Shown here: piece by piece, positions 1 to 12,934 of the stretch | How positions within the stretch are numbered: the stretch's first letter is position 1 | How the letters are laid out: every line of letters begins with the position of its first letter | Translations under genes and position numbers: made by a program | Assembly: GCA_964513735.1 (NCBI GenBank) | Contig: CAZENU010000003.1 | Coordinates: forward strand, 50,736-114,735 | DNA length: 64,000 bases | From: an uncultured Dehalococcoidia bacterium | Lineage (GTDB): Bacteria > Chloroflexota > Dehalococcoidia > Lucifugimonadales > CAZENU01 | Direction of reading: 5' to 3' | The notes under the pieces: model-generated | What the model was told of the DNA's origin: nothing | The model's database searches: none | What the model saw: the letters and a program-made list of their open reading frames with translations, nothing else

Positions 1-208
1 GGAACAGCTCCGCGTTGTGAGAAATCGTGTCTTCCGCGACGACTCCTCGCTTTAGCCAGTCTCTGACGTACCACCCCAAGGGGGTTGAACCGGGTTCGTG
101 GACGGTAAGACAGTCGATCCCAGCCTTATCCAGTCTGTCCGCCAGTAGCTGGATCTGGGTGCTCTTCCCGCTGCCCTCGCCCCCCTCAAAGGAGACGAAC
201 AGAGACAT
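1..208 (-). CDS. tmk: thymidylate kinase, N-terminal part (gene runs off the left edge)
   Basis: Minus-strand translation from ATG at 208 gives MSLFVSFEGGEGSGKSTQIQLLADRLDKAGIDCLTVHEPGSTPLG... It has the FEGxEGSGKST P-loop and the EPG motif typical of Tmk. Absent from the ORF track because it is cut by the window edge. Confidence 0.8.
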   Translation of the reverse strand, partial: MSLFVSFEGGEGSGKSTQIQLLADRLDKAGIDCLTVHEPGSTPLGWYVRDWLKRGVVAEDTISHNAELF

Positions 209-258
209 AGGTCGCTCCTGGAAATAGCGTTTCGGTCCGGACAGGCCGAGTTCAGGCT

Positions 259-1827
259 CTACTGCCGGTAGAAGACCACGCGGCGTCTGGGCTCGCGCCC
301 CGAGCTGCTGGAAGAAAGGCCGCGCTCCTCGGCGATCTGGTGCTGCAGGTGCCGGATATAAGAGCCCTGCGGGCTCAACTCCACGGTATGGTCGCCACCG
401 TCGAGACGGGTCGCCGCCTTTTCCGCCTCTTTTATGGCAATCGAAGCCCGTTCCCTGGACTGAGCGCCGCTCTTGCCGCGATTGATGGCGCGGAAGAATT
501 GGTGTATCTGCGTAGTAGTGTTCTTCCGAAGCACATAGACCGGTCTGCCCTGTTCCTCCGCTTCCTTGAGCGCCTGGGTCCTGCGCCGGTAGAAGTTCTT
601 CGTGGTGAGTAGCAGATCAGCCTCGTCGATCTCGTCGACCAGCTCTATGGGAACGGGTGAGGACTGTATCGCCTGTTGCAGCTTGCCCTTGTTCACGCCG
701 TACGGCAATATCCTCGTCGGCGGCACTTCGGGCACCGGAGGCTCGGGCTCCCGTCGCCTCTCTGAGGCCTGCCTCGACGCGAGGCGGCCCGAGTCTCGAT
801 CGCCGTTACGGGCGAACGAAACGCTCTGGGGCGAGGGCACTATCCTTACCTTTTCGTCGTCCACGATGCGGATCTCAGGGGTCACCGGGAAGCCTCGCAG
901 GCCCCGGTCCACCACCTCCGCGACGTCGGTGTGGACGGCCACGCGGCTCCAACCCTGTATCTCCACCACGATGTCGAAGGTCGGTGGCGCGCGCCGCTCC
1001 AGCACGGTCTTCTGGGTGCGCCGCCGTCGCGCTTCCACGTCCCCCAGCGTCACGGACTGGATGCCGCCGATCAGGTCCGACAACGTCGGGTTCAGCACGA
1101 GGTTCTCCAGGGAGTTGCCGTGGGCGGTCGCGACTAGCTGAACGCCCCGCTCCGCGATGGTGCGCGCCGCGTTGGCTTCGAGCTCCGTGCCGATCTCGTC
1201 GATGACAATCACCTCGGGCATGTGGTTTTCCACCGCCTCGATCATCACCGCGTGCTGCGCGGCCGGCGACTGGACGTGCATGCGTCTGGCTTTGCCTATG
1301 CCGGAGTGGGGTATGTCGCCGTCGCCGGCGATCTCGTTGGAGGTGTCCACGACGACGACCCGTTTGTGGGCGTCGTCTGCCAGCACTCTGGCGACCTCGC
1401 GCAGCATCGTCGTCTTGCCCACGCCGGGCTTGCCGAGGAGCAGGACGCTCTTGCCCGTCAGAATAAGGTCCTCGATTATCCTGATCGTACCATATATCGC
1501 CCGGCCAACTCTCAGCGTCAGGCCGACGACCTTGTCGCTGCGGTTGCGGATGGCCGATATCCGGTGCAGGGTACGCTCGATTCCGGCGCGGTTGTCACCG
1601 CCGAAGGGGCTGATCCTGTCCAGCACGTACTGGATGTCGTCCTCGGTGACCTCGTCGTCACTAAGGACGTAGCTCTCGTCTAGAAATCTGGCCTCGGGCT
1701 CGCGCCCCAGGTCCATCACGACCTCCAGAAGTTCCGAGAGATCATCTCGTTCTCCCAGGGGCCCCACTATGCGCGGAGGCATCTTTTCGATCAGTGCCTT
1801 CAGGTCGGCGTCTATCGGCGGCCTCAT
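259..1827 (-). CDS. AAA/P-loop ATPase with C-terminal R3H-like nucleic-acid-binding region (SpoIIIAA/Ycf45-like)
   Basis: 522-aa ORF. Walker A is [14 protein letters not shown] and Walker B is VIVIDEIGT. It also has the TAHG motif and a basic C-terminal region ending in an R3H-like segment ([16 protein letters not shown]). Confidence 0.6.
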   Translation of the reverse strand: MRPPIDADLKALIEKMPPRIVGPLGERDDLSELLEVVMDLGREPEARFLDESYVLSDDEVTEDDIQYVLDRISPFGGDNRAGIERTLHRISAIRNRSDKVVGLTLRVGRAIYGTIRIIEDLILTGKSVLLLGKPGVGKTTMLREVARVLADDAHKRVVVVDTSNEIAGDGDIPHSGIGKARRMHVQSPAAQHAVMIEAVENHMPEVIVIDEIGTELEANAARTIAERGVQLVATAHGNSLENLVLNPTLSDLIGGIQSVTLGDVEARRRRTQKTVLERRAPPTFDIVVEIQGWSRVAVHTDVAEVVDRGLRGFPVTPEIRIVDDEKVRIVPSPQSVSFARNGDRDSGRLASRQASERRREPEPPVPEVPPTRILPYGVNKGKLQQAIQSSPVPIELVDEIDEADLLLTTKNFYRRRTQALKEAEEQGRPVYVLRKNTTTQIHQFFRAINRGKSGAQSRERASIAIKEAEKAATRLDGGDHTVELSPQGSYIRHLQHQIAEERGLSSSSSGREPRRRVVFYRQ

Positions 1828-1849
1828 ATGGTCTGCAATTCCTTTCGGT

Positions 1850-2782
1850 TTAGACCGACGGCGCGCTGACCGCGCGACCAGACTGTTCCTCTGCCACCGA
1901 GACCACCATCGACCTCACCATCGTCGTAAACTCCCGTGCCGGCACGTACCCGTTCTGCTCCAGCAGACGGCGGAGCAGTATCTGGTGCTGCTGGACCAGC
2001 GCGTATACGGTCCGACCCCGCCTCAGGCGGGCCAGGCCGGACTCCATCAGCTCTCCGGTGTTCTGTTCCTCGTCGGGATGCACCATCATCTCGACTCTTG
2101 CCGCACCCCACCTACCGCCGACGCACACCCAGGCCTTGATCACGTCGTCCCTTTCGCAGACCAGCTCGCGGCGCCAGCCTTGACGACGCTCGCGCGAACC
2201 CATCCATTGGCTGAAGGTCACCCCGACCATCGAGCGATTCCTCGCCGGAGTCGACGCGCTGTATAGCTGAAAGAGGCCGTAGTCGTCGGAGGCGCGCCTT
2301 CTTCGCAGTTCCATCTGCTGATCCTGACTGCGGGAGCGGTGTGTGCCCTTGTAGACAACCTCGTCCTGGTATCGGATAAACCCGCAGCGCAGCGCGAGGT
2401 CGACAAGGTCATCTGCGGCGTCGAGCCGGAGGAACACCCTCTGCCCGCCCCTGGCAGCGACCTCCTGGCACAGTATCCGCAGCAGGTCGACGTGGACCGA
2501 CTCGCTCTCACCGGCCAGCAGATAGGCGATCTCGTAAGCCTCGAGGCCCACTCTGGGTCTGGCAGCCGCGACGGCCACTATCTGTCTCGCGTCGGCCCAC
2601 GTGAGCGCGCAGTATGCCCGTGTATGCAAGGCCATTGTCGAGCTGAGGATGCCGGGCAACGACAGGCGGGAGTTGGGTTCTTGACCGAGGTCGGACAGGG
2701 TGTGGGCGCGGTTCGCGGTCGTTGTGGCAGTGCCCCAGGCGAAGCGGGCGATATCCAGGGGATGTAGAGCTCTTATCACCAT
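1850..2782 (-). CDS. hypothetical protein, possibly tandem GNAT-like acyltransferase fold
   Basis: 310-aa ORF in the co-directional gene string. It contains two acetyltransferase-like C-terminal segments ([16 protein letters not shown] and [17 protein letters not shown]). The assignment is weak. Confidence 0.35.
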   Translation of the reverse strand: MVIRALHPLDIARFAWGTATTTANRAHTLSDLGQEPNSRLSLPGILSSTMALHTRAYCALTWADARQIVAVAAARPRVGLEAYEIAYLLAGESESVHVDLLRILCQEVAARGGQRVFLRLDAADDLVDLALRCGFIRYQDEVVYKGTHRSRSQDQQMELRRRRASDDYGLFQLYSASTPARNRSMVGVTFSQWMGSRERRQGWRRELVCERDDVIKAWVCVGGRWGAARVEMMVHPDEEQNTGELMESGLARLRRGRTVYALVQQHQILLRRLLEQNGYVPAREFTTMVRSMVVSVAEEQSGRAVSAPSV

Positions 2783-2793
2783 CGGGCTGCGCC

Positions 2794-3375
2794 CTATTTG
2801 ACGCTTTCGATCATCCTTACGAATAGCTGGTGCACTCTGGAGTCGTCGGTCAGCTCCGGATGAAACGACGTCGCGAGAAGCCGGCCCTGCTGTACGGCCA
2901 CCGGACGGCCGTCGTCAAGGCAAGCCAGCACCTTCGTGCCGTCGCCCCTGCTGTTGACCACTGGGGCCCGGATGAAGACGGCGCGAAACGGCGGACCTTC
3001 GATGTCGGCGATCTCCAACTCCTGTTCGAAGCTATCGACCTGGCGCCCGAAGGCGTTGCGGCTGACCTCGATGTCCATCAGGTGCAGCGGCTCCGGCCTC
3101 TTGTCGGTTAGCCGGTCGGCCAGCACGATCATTCCCGCGCAGGTGCCCCATGTCGGCAGGCCCGCCTGCGCCTTCTCCCGGATCACATCCCTGAGACCGT
3201 AAATGTCGATGAGCTGGATGATCGTCGTGCTCTCGCCACCCGGGATAATCAGGCCGTCCACATTGTCAAGCTGGTCCGGCAGCCTGATCTCCGACGTCTC
3301 TACGCCTATCCGCTCCAGCGCCAGCTTGTGCTCCAGGACGTCGCCCTGTATGGCGAGTATGCCAACGTTGGGCAA
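2794..3375 (-). CDS. pdxT: pyridoxal 5'-phosphate synthase, glutaminase subunit PdxT
   Basis: Contains VGILAIQGDV..., GLIIPGGESTT, WGTCAGMIVLA and FHPELT motifs. I place the start at TTG 3375, directly after the pdxS stop. The upstream extension in the ORF track overlaps pdxS and is not PdxT-like. Confidence 0.9.
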   Translation of the reverse strand: MPNVGILAIQGDVLEHKLALERIGVETSEIRLPDQLDNVDGLIIPGGESTTIIQLIDIYGLRDVIREKAQAGLPTWGTCAGMIVLADRLTDKRPEPLHLMDIEVSRNAFGRQVDSFEQELEIADIEGPPFRAVFIRAPVVNSRGDGTKVLACLDDGRPVAVQQGRLLATSFHPELTDDSRVHQLFVRMIESVK

Positions 3376-3376
3376 A

Positions 3377-4276
3377 CTACCATCCCCGGACCGCGAGCTG
3401 CTCTTCCTCGGGCATGGTCCTGACGTCCAGGCCCGGCATCGAGTCACCCAGGCCCTTGGAGACGTCGGCGATGATTCCAGGGTCGTTGAAGTGAGTGGTC
3501 GCCTTCACGATGGCCTCTGCCATACGCTGTGGGCTCTCCGACTTGAAGATCCCTGAGCCCACGAACACCCCTTCTACGCCCAGTTGCATCATCAGCGCCG
3601 CGTCTGCGGGAGATGCTATCCCGCCCGCCGCGAAGTTCACGACCGGCAGCTTGCCTGTCTCTTGGATCTCTTTGACCAGCTCGTAGGGCGCCCGCATGTC
3701 CCGCGCAGTGGCCATCAGCTCGTCCGGGCTCATGCTCTGGATACGACGAATCTCACCCATCACCGAGCGGGCGTGCCGGACCGCCTCGACGACGTTGCCG
3801 GTCCCGGCTTCGCCCTTGGTCCGGATCATGGCCGCTCCCTCGCCGATTCGCCGTAGCGCCTCGCCCAGGTTACGACAGCCACATACGAATGGCACCTTGA
3901 ATTTGTGCTTGTCTACGTGGTTTTCCTCGTCGGCGGGCGTGAGCACTTCGGACTCGTCGATGTAGTCGACTCCCAGAGCCTCCAGCACCTGCGCCTCGAC
4001 CATGTGCCCGATGCGGCACTTTGCCATGACCGGTATGGTCACAGCGTCCATGATCTCGATGATCTTGGTCGGGTCGGCCATCCGCGCGACACCACCGTCC
4101 CTGCGGATGTCAGATGGCACCCGCTCCAGCGCCATCACCGAGACGGCGCCGGCGTCCTCCGCGATCTTGGCCTGCTCGGCCGTGACGACGTCCATGATCA
4201 CGCCGCCCTTGAGCATCTGAGCGAGACCGGATTTGACCCGCCGTGTCCCTGTCTCGGTTACCGTGTCGATCGCCAT
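3377..4276 (-). CDS. pdxS: pyridoxal 5'-phosphate synthase, lyase subunit PdxS
   Basis: 299 aa, with [24 protein letters not shown] and [10 protein letters not shown]. It reads as a full-length PdxS. Confidence 0.95.
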   Translation of the reverse strand: MAIDTVTETGTRRVKSGLAQMLKGGVIMDVVTAEQAKIAEDAGAVSVMALERVPSDIRRDGGVARMADPTKIIEIMDAVTIPVMAKCRIGHMVEAQVLEALGVDYIDESEVLTPADEENHVDKHKFKVPFVCGCRNLGEALRRIGEGAAMIRTKGEAGTGNVVEAVRHARSVMGEIRRIQSMSPDELMATARDMRAPYELVKEIQETGKLPVVNFAAGGIASPADAALMMQLGVEGVFVGSGIFKSESPQRMAEAIVKATTHFNDPGIIADVSKGLGDSMPGLDVRTMPEEEQLAVRGW

Positions 4277-4378
4277 TTATGAGCCTCCCTGGGTACCTAT
4301 CAGCTTCGATTGATATTATACCCGGCCAGTGGGCGACATTATACTACCCCCGCATAGCGCGAGTGGCAACAGCCGCGC

Positions 4379-5082
4379 TCACGACCACGGCGCGGGGATC
4401 TCTCCAGCCTCCCGAACATCGACCGGGTAATCCTCGATGGAGTCTGGAATCCGACGGGTAGCTGCGGGATACTGGCCGTAACGAAAACCCTGATGCAAGG
4501 CTGGCCCCGACACTCTCCCTGGTCCACACCCGCCGGCATACCGACGGGCTTCCGCCGCTGAAAACGATCGCGCCCGGGTAGCCCCGGGCGCGATTACGTC
4601 TCCGAAGGAGTTCGGGCTTAGTCGGCCCAGATCCTTCTCGAAGTGGTTGGCCCTACCATTGTCATCCTGCCCTACAGCCTTGCCAAAGTCACCGTTCGAG
4701 TTACCGGAAGCGTCCTGCCGGCACTTTGGGTGGGTAGGCTTCTCGGTGCAATCCGGGGCCCCCTTGCCCTCGCCATTGCCACCGCCACCACCCAATCCAT
4801 CAAGGTGCTCGTATACGCCTTCGAGAGTTCCGTAGTCGTGGTTGTCGGGGCTAACGTAGAGCAGGTCGAACAAGCCCAAGTTTTCATTCATGCAGCTAAA
4901 CGCTCGCGGCTTCTTTTGATGGTTCAGGCCCAGAGTATGGCCAACCTCCTGGCAGAGGACGTGCCGCCTGGCAATGTCGCCGTCGTAGGTGGCCGTACTA
5001 AAGTAGCTGTCGTTGACTTCGGCGGTGCCCGACTGGATATGGTCCCCCAGAACGAGGATTGTCGCCAGCCCGCTTTCAACGC
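4379..5082 (-). pseudogene. zincin-like metalloprotease remnant (degenerate QExxHxxGxxH motif, no usable start)
   Basis: The motif LCQEVGHTLGLNHQ (about 4919..4951) resembles HExxHxxGxxH, but the first His is Gln. There is no ATG, GTG or TTG between the HAD stop (5083) and the motif. The ORF-track start at 5242 would overlap the HAD gene by 160 nt. The frame also reads through a terminator hairpin at 4567..4594 into low-quality sequence. Confidence 0.4.
4561..4594 (-). terminator. rho-independent terminator (12-bp GC stem, 4-nt loop, TTTT tail on the minus strand)
   Basis: ATCGCGCCCGGG-TAGC-CCCGGGCGCGAT at 4567..4594. It is followed on the minus strand by CGTTTT (plus-strand aaaa at 4561..4564). 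It lies inside the long ORF 4379..5242. Confidence 0.5.
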
Positions 5083-5808
5083 TTACGCTCGCAAAAGCTC
5101 GGGGAGCGACCCGATGACCCGGTCCGGCCGCACTGGCGTCTCTTTCGGCACGCCTGACCCCTTCACGTCGATCCAGACCGCGCGCATGCCGAGCCTTTTC
5201 GGCGTCTCGATGTCGAAGTCGAGGCGGTCGCCCACCATCCACGCGTCCCCGGGCGCCGCGTCGAGCTGTTCGAGGGCATGTAGAAAGACGCTCTCATCCG
5301 GCTTGCCGGCGCCGAACTCGCCCTCGATCAAGATGTAGTCGAAAAAGGCCTCCAGGCCAAAGCGCTCCAGCTTGCCGCGCTGCCGGGTCGCACTGCCGTT
5401 GGTGACGAGTGCCGTGGACACATCGGCATCGCGCAGCCTCCGGAGGGTCTCCAAGGCACCGGGAACGGGACGGACCGCTGCCTCGCGCTCAGCCGAGTAC
5501 GCGGAGCCGATGGCCTGCGCGAGGTCGGCGTCGTCGATGCCGACGCGGGAGAGCCCACCCCGGGCCACCTCTTCCCACGCGCGGTCGAGGTCGAGCCTGC
5601 CTCTCCGGTGCCGGGCGGGGTCCCCCCAGTACCGGAGTCTCTCATCCTCGATCGCCTTGAGCAGTCCGGCGGGGGTCGCTCCGCCGAGCCGGTCTTCAAA
5701 TCTGTAGCTGACGGTGCGCCAGGCCTCCTCGGCCAGGGCGTCGAACACCAGGATCGTGTCGTCCAGATCCAGCAGGACGGCCTCGGGAAGCTCCAGCGAC
5801 ATCGTCAA
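5083..5808 (-). CDS. HAD-superfamily hydrolase (subfamily IA-like)
   Basis: Contains the LLDLDDTIL (DxDx[TV]) motif, ALVTNGS, and a K...GDRLDFDI motif. Confidence 0.8.
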   Translation of the reverse strand: MTMSLELPEAVLLDLDDTILVFDALAEEAWRTVSYRFEDRLGGATPAGLLKAIEDERLRYWGDPARHRRGRLDLDRAWEEVARGGLSRVGIDDADLAQAIGSAYSAEREAAVRPVPGALETLRRLRDADVSTALVTNGSATRQRGKLERFGLEAFFDYILIEGEFGAGKPDESVFLHALEQLDAAPGDAWMVGDRLDFDIETPKRLGMRAVWIDVKGSGVPKETPVRPDRVIGSLPELLRA

Positions 5809-5818
5809 CCCGATCGTG

Positions 5819-6859
<1,041 letters not shown>

Positions 6860-6987
6860 TCAAAGCGGCTCGACCAAGAGACCACATGCTACTACAGCCG
6901 CGCGCGGCCTCACCAGGCACATCGGAGGCTGGAGCGCATTGCCGCGACCTGAACGCGCACAAACGGGCACCGGTGCACGAATGTGCT

Positions 6988-7389
6988 CTACCGAATCAGA
7001 TTAGCGGCGGTCCCAACCCGCTGTTCCGTCGCGGCCACCGCCTCCCGGGCCTGCTTGCGACCGTATACCTTGAAGGGGGGCGCTACCGGGCAGGCGTTGG
7101 GATATCGAGTGGGGCCGTAGTGCGGGTCCAGTATGCTGGCCGTTCCTCGGTGTTCGGCTACCTGCGGGTAAGTGTCTTCCAGCGCAGACACCAGGTTCAA
7201 TATCGAGTGGCCCATGACGTACCGGTCGCCCCTGTGGTACGCCAGGGCCTTGAGAGTTTTTCGGCTAACTTGGTGCTACATGAAGCACGCTTGGGCGTAG
7301 AACCGCTCTCGAAGCGCGAGACGAGCGAACTCCAGGTCGTTCTCCGATTGGCTCAGCCAGCGAAGTGCGTCGGCCTCGCGATTCTTCAT
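6988..7389 (-). pseudogene. HEPN-domain protein (toxin-like partner of the MNT gene) interrupted by an in-frame TAG
   Basis: ATG at 7389 gives MKNREADALRWLSQSENDLEFARLALRERFYAQACFM. A TAG follows at 7276..7278, then the same frame continues HQVSRKTLKALAYHRGDRYVMGHSILNLV...LDPHYGPTRYPNA. This is a typical HEPN layout split by one stop. Confidence 0.7.
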
Positions 7390-7715
7390 AGATAACGATG
7401 CCCTCCTTCAATGCCACTTCAATAAACGTCCTTCGCTCAGACAGCATCTTCTCCACCTCGCGATGGGTGTATATCAGCAGGTCGAGGCCTCGGCGCCATA
7501 CATCGTATATCCCTGAAAACGCCTCATGCCGGCTGAAGAACGACGCGGCAGTCTCGGCCACGATAATCAGGTCCAGGTCGCTGTACCGGTCGGCGTCGCC
7601 ACGGGCGTATGAGCCGAACACGATGGCCTTCTTGGCACCACCCTATCTTGAGCGCAGGGGCCAATGCATGGCGGATCTCGTCCACGGTTGCGATCGCGTC
7701 AGCGTTCTGTCGCAT
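7265..7715 (-). pseudogene. minimal nucleotidyltransferase (MNT, antitoxin-like) with a frameshift near 7636..7645
   Basis: The N-terminal helix MRQNADAIATVDEIRHALAPALKIG is in one frame, starting at ATG 7715. The catalytic core GAKKAIVFGSYARGDADRYSDLDLIIV is in another frame, directly after a TAG in that frame. The 3' end overlaps the HEPN start. Confidence 0.65.
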
Positions 7716-7728
7716 CGCTGGCCCGTCC

Positions 7729-9024
7729 TCAGCCACGTTCCAGGTACGCCCGGTATATGTCGACCCCGGCGAAGTTCGCCGCGTCGCCGAGCTCCTCCTC
7801 GATACGCAGCAAGCGGTTGTACTTGGCGGTTCGCTCGCCCCGGCTGGGCGCGCCTGTCTTGACCTGCCCCGCCGCGGTGCCCACCGCCAGATCGGCGATG
7901 GTGGTGTCCTCCGTCTCGCCGGACCGGTGGCTGATTACCGTACCCCATCCAGCCGCTCTCGCCGTCCTCAGTGCCGCGATGGTCTCGGTGACGGTGCCGA
8001 CCTGGTTGGGCTTCAGCAGCGCGGCGTTGCTGGCCCCGGTTGCGACGCCTCGGGCGATCGTCTCCGGGTTTGTGGTGTAGAGATCGTCCCCGACCAGTTG
8101 CACCGTCTTGCCGAGTCGCCGGGTCAACGCGACCCAGCCGTCCCAGTCAGCCTCGCCCAGTCCGTCTTCTATGCTGACGAGAGGGTAGTCCCGCGACCAC
8201 TCCTCGTACATCGATGCCAGCTCGTCGGACGATACCCCTCGGCCTTGCCCGGCAAAGAAGTACCGGCCGTTACCGTCGGTCAGCTCGCTGGCCGCCACGT
8301 CGAGCCCCATGAAGCACTGCACGCCCGGCTCGTATCCGGCCCGCTCGATGGCGCCGAGCACCAAGTCTAGCACCTCCCGGTCGGAGCCCAGGTGCGGCGC
8401 GAAGCCACCCTCGTCGCCCACCGTGGTGGCCATCTTGCTCTCGCTCAGGTGCCCCTTCAACGCGTGGAAAACCTCGACGCCGGCCCGTAGCGCATCGCGG
8501 AAGGTCTCGAAACCCGCCGGGATGACCATAAACTCCTGGATGTCGGTGGAACCCGCGGCGTGCTTGCCGCCGTTGACGATATTCAGCATTGGGACTGGAA
8601 GGGAGGGCGCTCCGTCGCCGGCGAAGTAGCGGTACAGAGGCACGCCGGCGCTGGCCGCGGCAGCATGCGCTAACGCCATCGACGTCCCGACAATGGCGTT
8701 GGCGCCTAGCCGGGACTTGTCCGGCGTGCCATCGAGCTCGATCAGGATGCCGTCGAGGGCCGCCTGATCCCCTGTCTCGCGGCCCATCAAGGCCGCCGCG
8801 ATCTCGCCGCCAACGTTATCGACCGCCCCCGCGACTCCCAGTCCGCCGAAGCGCGACGCGTCGCCGTCCCGCAGCTCCACGGCCTCGCCGGCGCCGCTAC
8901 TGGCACCCGAGGGGACCAGAGCCCGACCGAGCGCGCCGTCGGAAAGCCCGATATCCACCTCGACCGTGGGGTTGCCGCGCGAGTCGAGGACCTCTCTGGC
9001 TCTCACCTCGGAGATGACCGTCAA
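7729..9024 (-). CDS. eno: enolase (phosphopyruvate hydratase)
   Basis: 431 aa, with REVLDSRGNPTVEV, SHRSGETED and KYNRLLRIEEEL. Confidence 0.95.
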   Translation of the reverse strand: MTVISEVRAREVLDSRGNPTVEVDIGLSDGALGRALVPSGASSGAGEAVELRDGDASRFGGLGVAGAVDNVGGEIAAALMGRETGDQAALDGILIELDGTPDKSRLGANAIVGTSMALAHAAAASAGVPLYRYFAGDGAPSLPVPMLNIVNGGKHAAGSTDIQEFMVIPAGFETFRDALRAGVEVFHALKGHLSESKMATTVGDEGGFAPHLGSDREVLDLVLGAIERAGYEPGVQCFMGLDVAASELTDGNGRYFFAGQGRGVSSDELASMYEEWSRDYPLVSIEDGLGEADWDGWVALTRRLGKTVQLVGDDLYTTNPETIARGVATGASNAALLKPNQVGTVTETIAALRTARAAGWGTVISHRSGETEDTTIADLAVGTAAGQVKTGAPSRGERTAKYNRLLRIEEELGDAANFAGVDIYRAYLERG

Positions 9025-9087
9025 GCGTTCAGCACCTCTTTCATTCAGGTAAATGGGCCGACGGAAGCTCGCGCCCTGCCGGTACGC

Positions 9088-9582
9088 CTAGGCCGGGGCG
9101 GCCTTCGAAGGAGTCCGGGCCAGCGCGGCCTCGATGGCCTTGTCGACCGCGTCGGTCGGGCTGTCGGCGAGGGTCATCGAGCGCTCGTCTACGCCACCTC
9201 GGCGCAGCTCCCAGGTCTCCAGCGCTATGACCGGTATCCCCTCGGATACGGCGTGTCCTATCTCGGAGAGCGTGCCGTAGGCGCCGCCCACCGCTATGAC
9301 CGCCCTTCCTGTCTTGACGACGATCACGTTCCTGGCGTAGGACAGGCCGGTACAGATTGGGATGTCGACCCATTCGTTGGCCTCAGCCGGGTCGCTGTCC
9401 GGCAGGATGCCGATGGTGGTGCCGCCCGCAGATCTTGCGCCACGGCAGGCCGCGGCCATTACCCCCCCCAGGCCACCGCACACCACCGTCATGCCTCGCC
9501 TTGCCAGCTCTTCGCCGACCTGTTCCGCGAGGCCCTCGATCTGGGAGCTCGGCTCACTGGCCCCGATAACGGATATGAGCAA
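9088..9582 (-). CDS. TIGR00725/LOG-like Rossmann-fold protein (lysine-decarboxylase-like family)
   Basis: 164 aa, with VVCGGLGGVMAAACRGA and AVGGAYGTLSEIGHA motifs. Confidence 0.7.
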   Translation of the reverse strand: MLISVIGASEPSSQIEGLAEQVGEELARRGMTVVCGGLGGVMAAACRGARSAGGTTIGILPDSDPAEANEWVDIPICTGLSYARNVIVVKTGRAVIAVGGAYGTLSEIGHAVSEGIPVIALETWELRRGGVDERSMTLADSPTDAVDKAIEAALARTPSKAAPA

Positions 9583-9653
9583 CGTCGCCTCGGCGTTCAG
9601 ATGGTGGCTGGAGTAGGCCGGGAGCAGAGCGCCTCGTCGAGCGACCGCGAGCG

Positions 9654-10691
9654 CTAGGCGCCGTGGACCGTCTCGATCTGCTCGCTCATGATCGACGCCA
9701 GCAGCCGGACGCTGGCGATGGTCCCCAGGTACTCCATGCGCGTCGGGCCGATGACGCCGAGGACGCCCTGGGCCTTGCCCGGGACCCCGTAGTGGGTGAG
9801 CACCACGCTAAGAGGCCATAGGAGGTCCCCGTCGTGCTCGCGGCCGATGACCACCCTCACCGTGTCGCCCGAGGGTGTCTCGCCGAGTATCGCCTCAACT
9901 AGTGTGCCGTCTTCTATGCCGTTGATCACTGCGCGGACACTGTCGCCTGCCTCGAACTCCGGCTGTGCCAGCAGGTTTCTGAGGCCGTTCAGGTAGTGTG
10001 GACTGTAAGTCTTGCCGTCTTCCTCGTCCAGTATCAGGGCGGTGGCATCGACCAACTCTTCTTCAAGGGGAGAAAGGCCCACCGCATCCATGGTGTCGAT
10101 CTCTCGCCGGCTCAGACCCATGAGCTGGTTCCTCACCTTGGTGCCGATCATCTCGGCCTGTGAAGGACTGATCGGCTGGGGCAGGCGTATCAGATGCTTC
10201 CTCAGCCGCGCCTGCTCCATCACCACGATGAGCACGGTCATGAACTCCTGGAGGTAGACCAGCTCTAGGTACTTGACCCTCGACTCTGGCGCCTTGGGGA
10301 ACGTGGCGAGTGCGAGGTTGCCGACCATCTGCGCCAGTATCTGCGCCGAGACGGTCGCCCAGGCGTCAAGATCTCGCTCGGCCTCAAGCAGGCGTCTTCG
10401 AACGAACGCCCCCACGGTCGATACCGCGACGTGGGCCTCCATCTCGTCTATGGACTCCACGTAGATCCGGTACCCCATGTCCAGTGGCACGCTGCCCGCC
10501 GACGTGTGGGGCCGCGAGATGTATCCCTGCTCCTCGAGCTGGGCCACATCGTTCCTGATGGTCGCGGAGCTGACCCCCAGGTTGTGGTCATGAGCGATCA
10601 TATCCGAGGCGATCGGCGCTGCCGTCTGGATATAGTCGCCTACGATGATGTTCAGTATCTTCTGTTGTCGGACCGTCAGCATGTGAGACAC
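9654..10691 (-). CDS. hrcA: heat-inducible transcription repressor HrcA
   Basis: 345 aa. LTVRQQKILNIIVGDYI...SSATIRNDVAQLEEQGYISRPHTSAGSVP is the typical HrcA winged-helix N-terminus. Confidence 0.9.
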   Translation of the reverse strand: MSHMLTVRQQKILNIIVGDYIQTAAPIASDMIAHDHNLGVSSATIRNDVAQLEEQGYISRPHTSAGSVPLDMGYRIYVESIDEMEAHVAVSTVGAFVRRRLLEAERDLDAWATVSAQILAQMVGNLALATFPKAPESRVKYLELVYLQEFMTVLIVVMEQARLRKHLIRLPQPISPSQAEMIGTKVRNQLMGLSRREIDTMDAVGLSPLEEELVDATALILDEEDGKTYSPHYLNGLRNLLAQPEFEAGDSVRAVINGIEDGTLVEAILGETPSGDTVRVVIGREHDGDLLWPLSVVLTHYGVPGKAQGVLGVIGPTRMEYLGTIASVRLLASIMSEQIETVHGA

Positions 10692-10825
10692 CCTCAGGCC
10701 ACGGGAGTATGCTCGATCTCGACCCAGAATCTATCAGCGACCCGTAACCGGGTCAAGCGCTGGTCAGCGGCGCTCATTGAACTCAATTACGCCGTCGCGG
10801 CTACCGCGGTTTCGAGCCACATTCC

Positions 10826-10860
10826 CCAAACAAAGAGGGCCCCGCGAACGGGGCCCTCTC
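10826..10860 (-). terminator. rho-independent terminator downstream of groEL
   Basis: GAGGGCCCCG-CGAA-CGGGGCCCTC at 10835..10858, followed on the minus strand by TTTGTTTGG. It lies about 20 nt after the groEL stop. Confidence 0.7.
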
Positions 10861-10880
10861 GGCAATTCAACTCGTCGCGC

Positions 10881-12491
<1,611 letters not shown>

Positions 12492-12549
12492 CTAACTCCT
12501 CCTGAATGTTCGCGCTAATGGATATGTCCAGATGTCGTCTTCGCGGAGG

Positions 12550-12855
12550 CTATTTGACGAACAGGACGTCGTCGTCTCTGAGCACCAAGTACTCCGTCTC
12601 GCCCTCTTTGTACTCCGTCCCCCCGTACTTGGAGTAGACGACCACGTCGCCCAACTTGACTTCAAGGGGCACGCGTTTGCCATCGTCGGTCATCTTGCCC
12701 GGCCCGACGGCTACCACCTTGCCCTCCTGCGGTCGCTCCTTGGCCGTGTCGGGAATGTAGATCCCACCAACGGTCTTCTCATCCTCCTCTTCAAGAGGCT
12801 CCACTACGATTCGGTTCCCAACGGGCTTGAACGAGACCTTCGTCTTTGTCGCCAA
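12550..12855 (-). CDS. groS: co-chaperonin GroES
   Basis: Contains FKPVGNRIVVEP...GGIYIPDTAKERPQEGKVVAVGPG. I place the start at TTG 12855, preceded by AGGAGG at about 9 nt. The ORF-track start at 12903 would run into the CIRCE element. Confidence 0.9.
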   Translation of the reverse strand: MATKTKVSFKPVGNRIVVEPLEEEDEKTVGGIYIPDTAKERPQEGKVVAVGPGKMTDDGKRVPLEVKLGDVVVYSKYGGTEYKEGETEYLVLRDDDVLFVK

Positions 12856-12902
12856 TTTCGCACTCCTCCTTCGCTCTGACTCCCTGAATCTGATTTCGGG
12901 CA

Positions 12903-12929
12903 TTAGCAGTCTGTTGCCCCGACTGCCAA
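12903..12929 (-). promoter_or_regulatory. CIRCE-like operator (HrcA site) in the groES leader
   Basis: The plus strand reads TTAGCAGTC-N9-GACTGCCAA, against the consensus TTAGCACTC-N9-GAGTGCTAA. The arms pair at 8 of 9 positions. It sits 48 nt upstream of the groES start and just downstream of a -10 box. Confidence 0.75.
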
Positions 12930-12934
12930 CGTAT

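Noticed and set aside
4277-4378. Two TATAAT boxes (minus strand, 4315..4320 and 4338..4343) upstream of pdxS as defined promoters
   Set aside because: Neither has a convincing -35 hexamer at 16-18 nt spacing. I do not report them as features without transcript data.
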